32,000 bases of DNA from Telmatocola sphagniphila (GTDB lineage: Bacteria > Planctomycetota > Planctomycetia > Gemmatales > Gemmataceae): positions 5,970,001 through 6,002,000 of the forward strand of contig NZ_CP074694.1 of the NCBI RefSeq assembly GCF_018398935.1, in the 5' to 3' direction. The stretch's first letter is position 1. Every line of letters begins with the position of its first letter. Made by a program: the position numbers and the translations under genes. Below the pieces are notes generated by a model. The model did no database searches. It was not told the DNA's origin and saw only the letters and a program-made list of their open reading frames with translations. This document shows, piece after piece, positions 31,382 to 32,000 of the stretch.

Positions 31382-32000
31382 ATGCAAATGACCATGATCA
31401 CCCCTAGCTACGGTCCCGATTTCGATCGTTGCAAGATGTTAGTCAACAGCGTAAACAAATACGTTCCCGATACTGTCGAACACGTTCTACTGGTGGATCA
31501 GCGAGACGAGGCTCAGTTCCAGAAGCTGGCCAGCTCGCGAACCCGGGTGATGACCGTCGAATCGGTTCTGCCCTGGTGGATCATGCGGCTGCCGATGGCT
31601 CGACGCTGGTGGTTCAGCTTCAAGTCGATGCCGGTCCGCAACTGGATCTTGCAACAAGTGGTGAAACTGGGTGTGGGCGAACACATCGAATCGGCCAACT
31701 ACATGTTCGTCGATTCGGATGTATCCTTCATCCGGCCGATGAACCTGGGCGAATTTACCGACGAGCAGGGTAAGCTGGTGCTCTACCGCAACCCGACCAT
31801 GGGCCGCACGGACATGCATGCCCCCTGGCACATGACCGCCGCGAAGCTGCTCGGTTTCTTCCCTTGCGATTATTTCGGGGCCAACTACATCGGCAATCTG
31901 ATCACCTGGCGCCGCGACAATCTTCTCATGCTGTACAAGCACATTGAGACGATGACTGGCATGGGGTGGATGGAAGCGATCTGCCGACAGTGGCACCTGT
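31382..32000 (+). CDS. Putative GT-A-fold glycosyltransferase-like protein, partial (3' end lies outside the window)
   Basis: From the ATG at 31382 the frame stays open to the window end (206 codons). It is not in the ORF track because no stop is present. MQMTMITPSYGPDFDRCKMLVNSVNKYVPDTVEHVLLVDQRDE resembles a GT-A N-terminal beta-alpha-beta. YMFVDSDVSF supplies a DxD-like motif, and WILQQVVKLG is also present. It starts 31 nt after the sugar transferase stop, so it is probably in the same operon. Confidence 0.6.
   Translation, partial: MQMTMITPSYGPDFDRCKMLVNSVNKYVPDTVEHVLLVDQRDEAQFQKLASSRTRVMTVESVLPWWIMRLPMARRWWFSFKSMPVRNWILQQVVKLGVGEHIESANYMFVDSDVSFIRPMNLGEFTDEQGKLVLYRNPTMGRTDMHAPWHMTAAKLLGFFPCDYFGANYIGNLITWRRDNLLMLYKHIETMTGMGWMEAICRQWHL

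Noticed and set aside
31487-31996. 169-aa minus-strand ORF at the right edge
   Set aside because: It is antisense to the open plus-strand frame that begins at ATG 31382. That frame has GT-A-like motifs and operon-like spacing after the transferase gene.

Overview
This 32-kb window looks like a chromosomal segment from a Planctomycetota genome, possibly Gemmataceae-like. That assignment is inferred from protein motifs only, because no database search was possible. All calls rest on reading the translated ORFs and the raw sequence. Domain names are motif recognition from memory, not HMM hits. Note that several starts shown as M in the ORF track are really TTG or GTG codons. From left to right the window contains: (1) the 3' end of a XerC/XerD-type tyrosine recombinase; (2) two tandem paralogous secreted helical-repeat proteins; (3) a VOC/glyoxalase-family gene and a small HTH gene; (4) a minus-strand operon of PAS histidine kinase, single-domain response regulator and REC-8xPAS-HK-REC hybrid kinase; (5) a divergently transcribed TM-GAF-PAS-HK-REC-Hpt hybrid kinase; (6) two divergent polysaccharide operons. 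One of these operons encodes a GT4 glycosyltransferase and a Wzz/PCP protein with a degenerate kinase domain. The other encodes GT4, GT2, a WcaL-like GT4 and an AsnB-type amidotransferase. (7) Next is an AT-richer block with a second pair of tandem paralogous secreted proteins and two membrane proteins that share a 2-TM module. (8) Then comes a large beta-helix plus FG-GAP protein. (9) A non-coding gap of about 0.85-0.9 kb (29733 to the transferase start) follows, whose first ~560 bp hold a higher-order tandem repeat array (six 76/94-nt units, a duplicated 170-nt super-unit, and one inverted copy of the 25-nt core). (10) The window ends with a priming sugar-phosphate transferase and a partial GT-A-like gene. 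I found no rRNA, tRNA, CRISPR-cas, transposase or phage genes. The feature least explained by ordinary annotation is the repeat array at 29.74-30.30 kb. Secondary points are the phosphorelay cluster with no output domain, the kinase-dead PCP protein, a 146-nt convergent coding overlap, and three sets of tandem paralogues.
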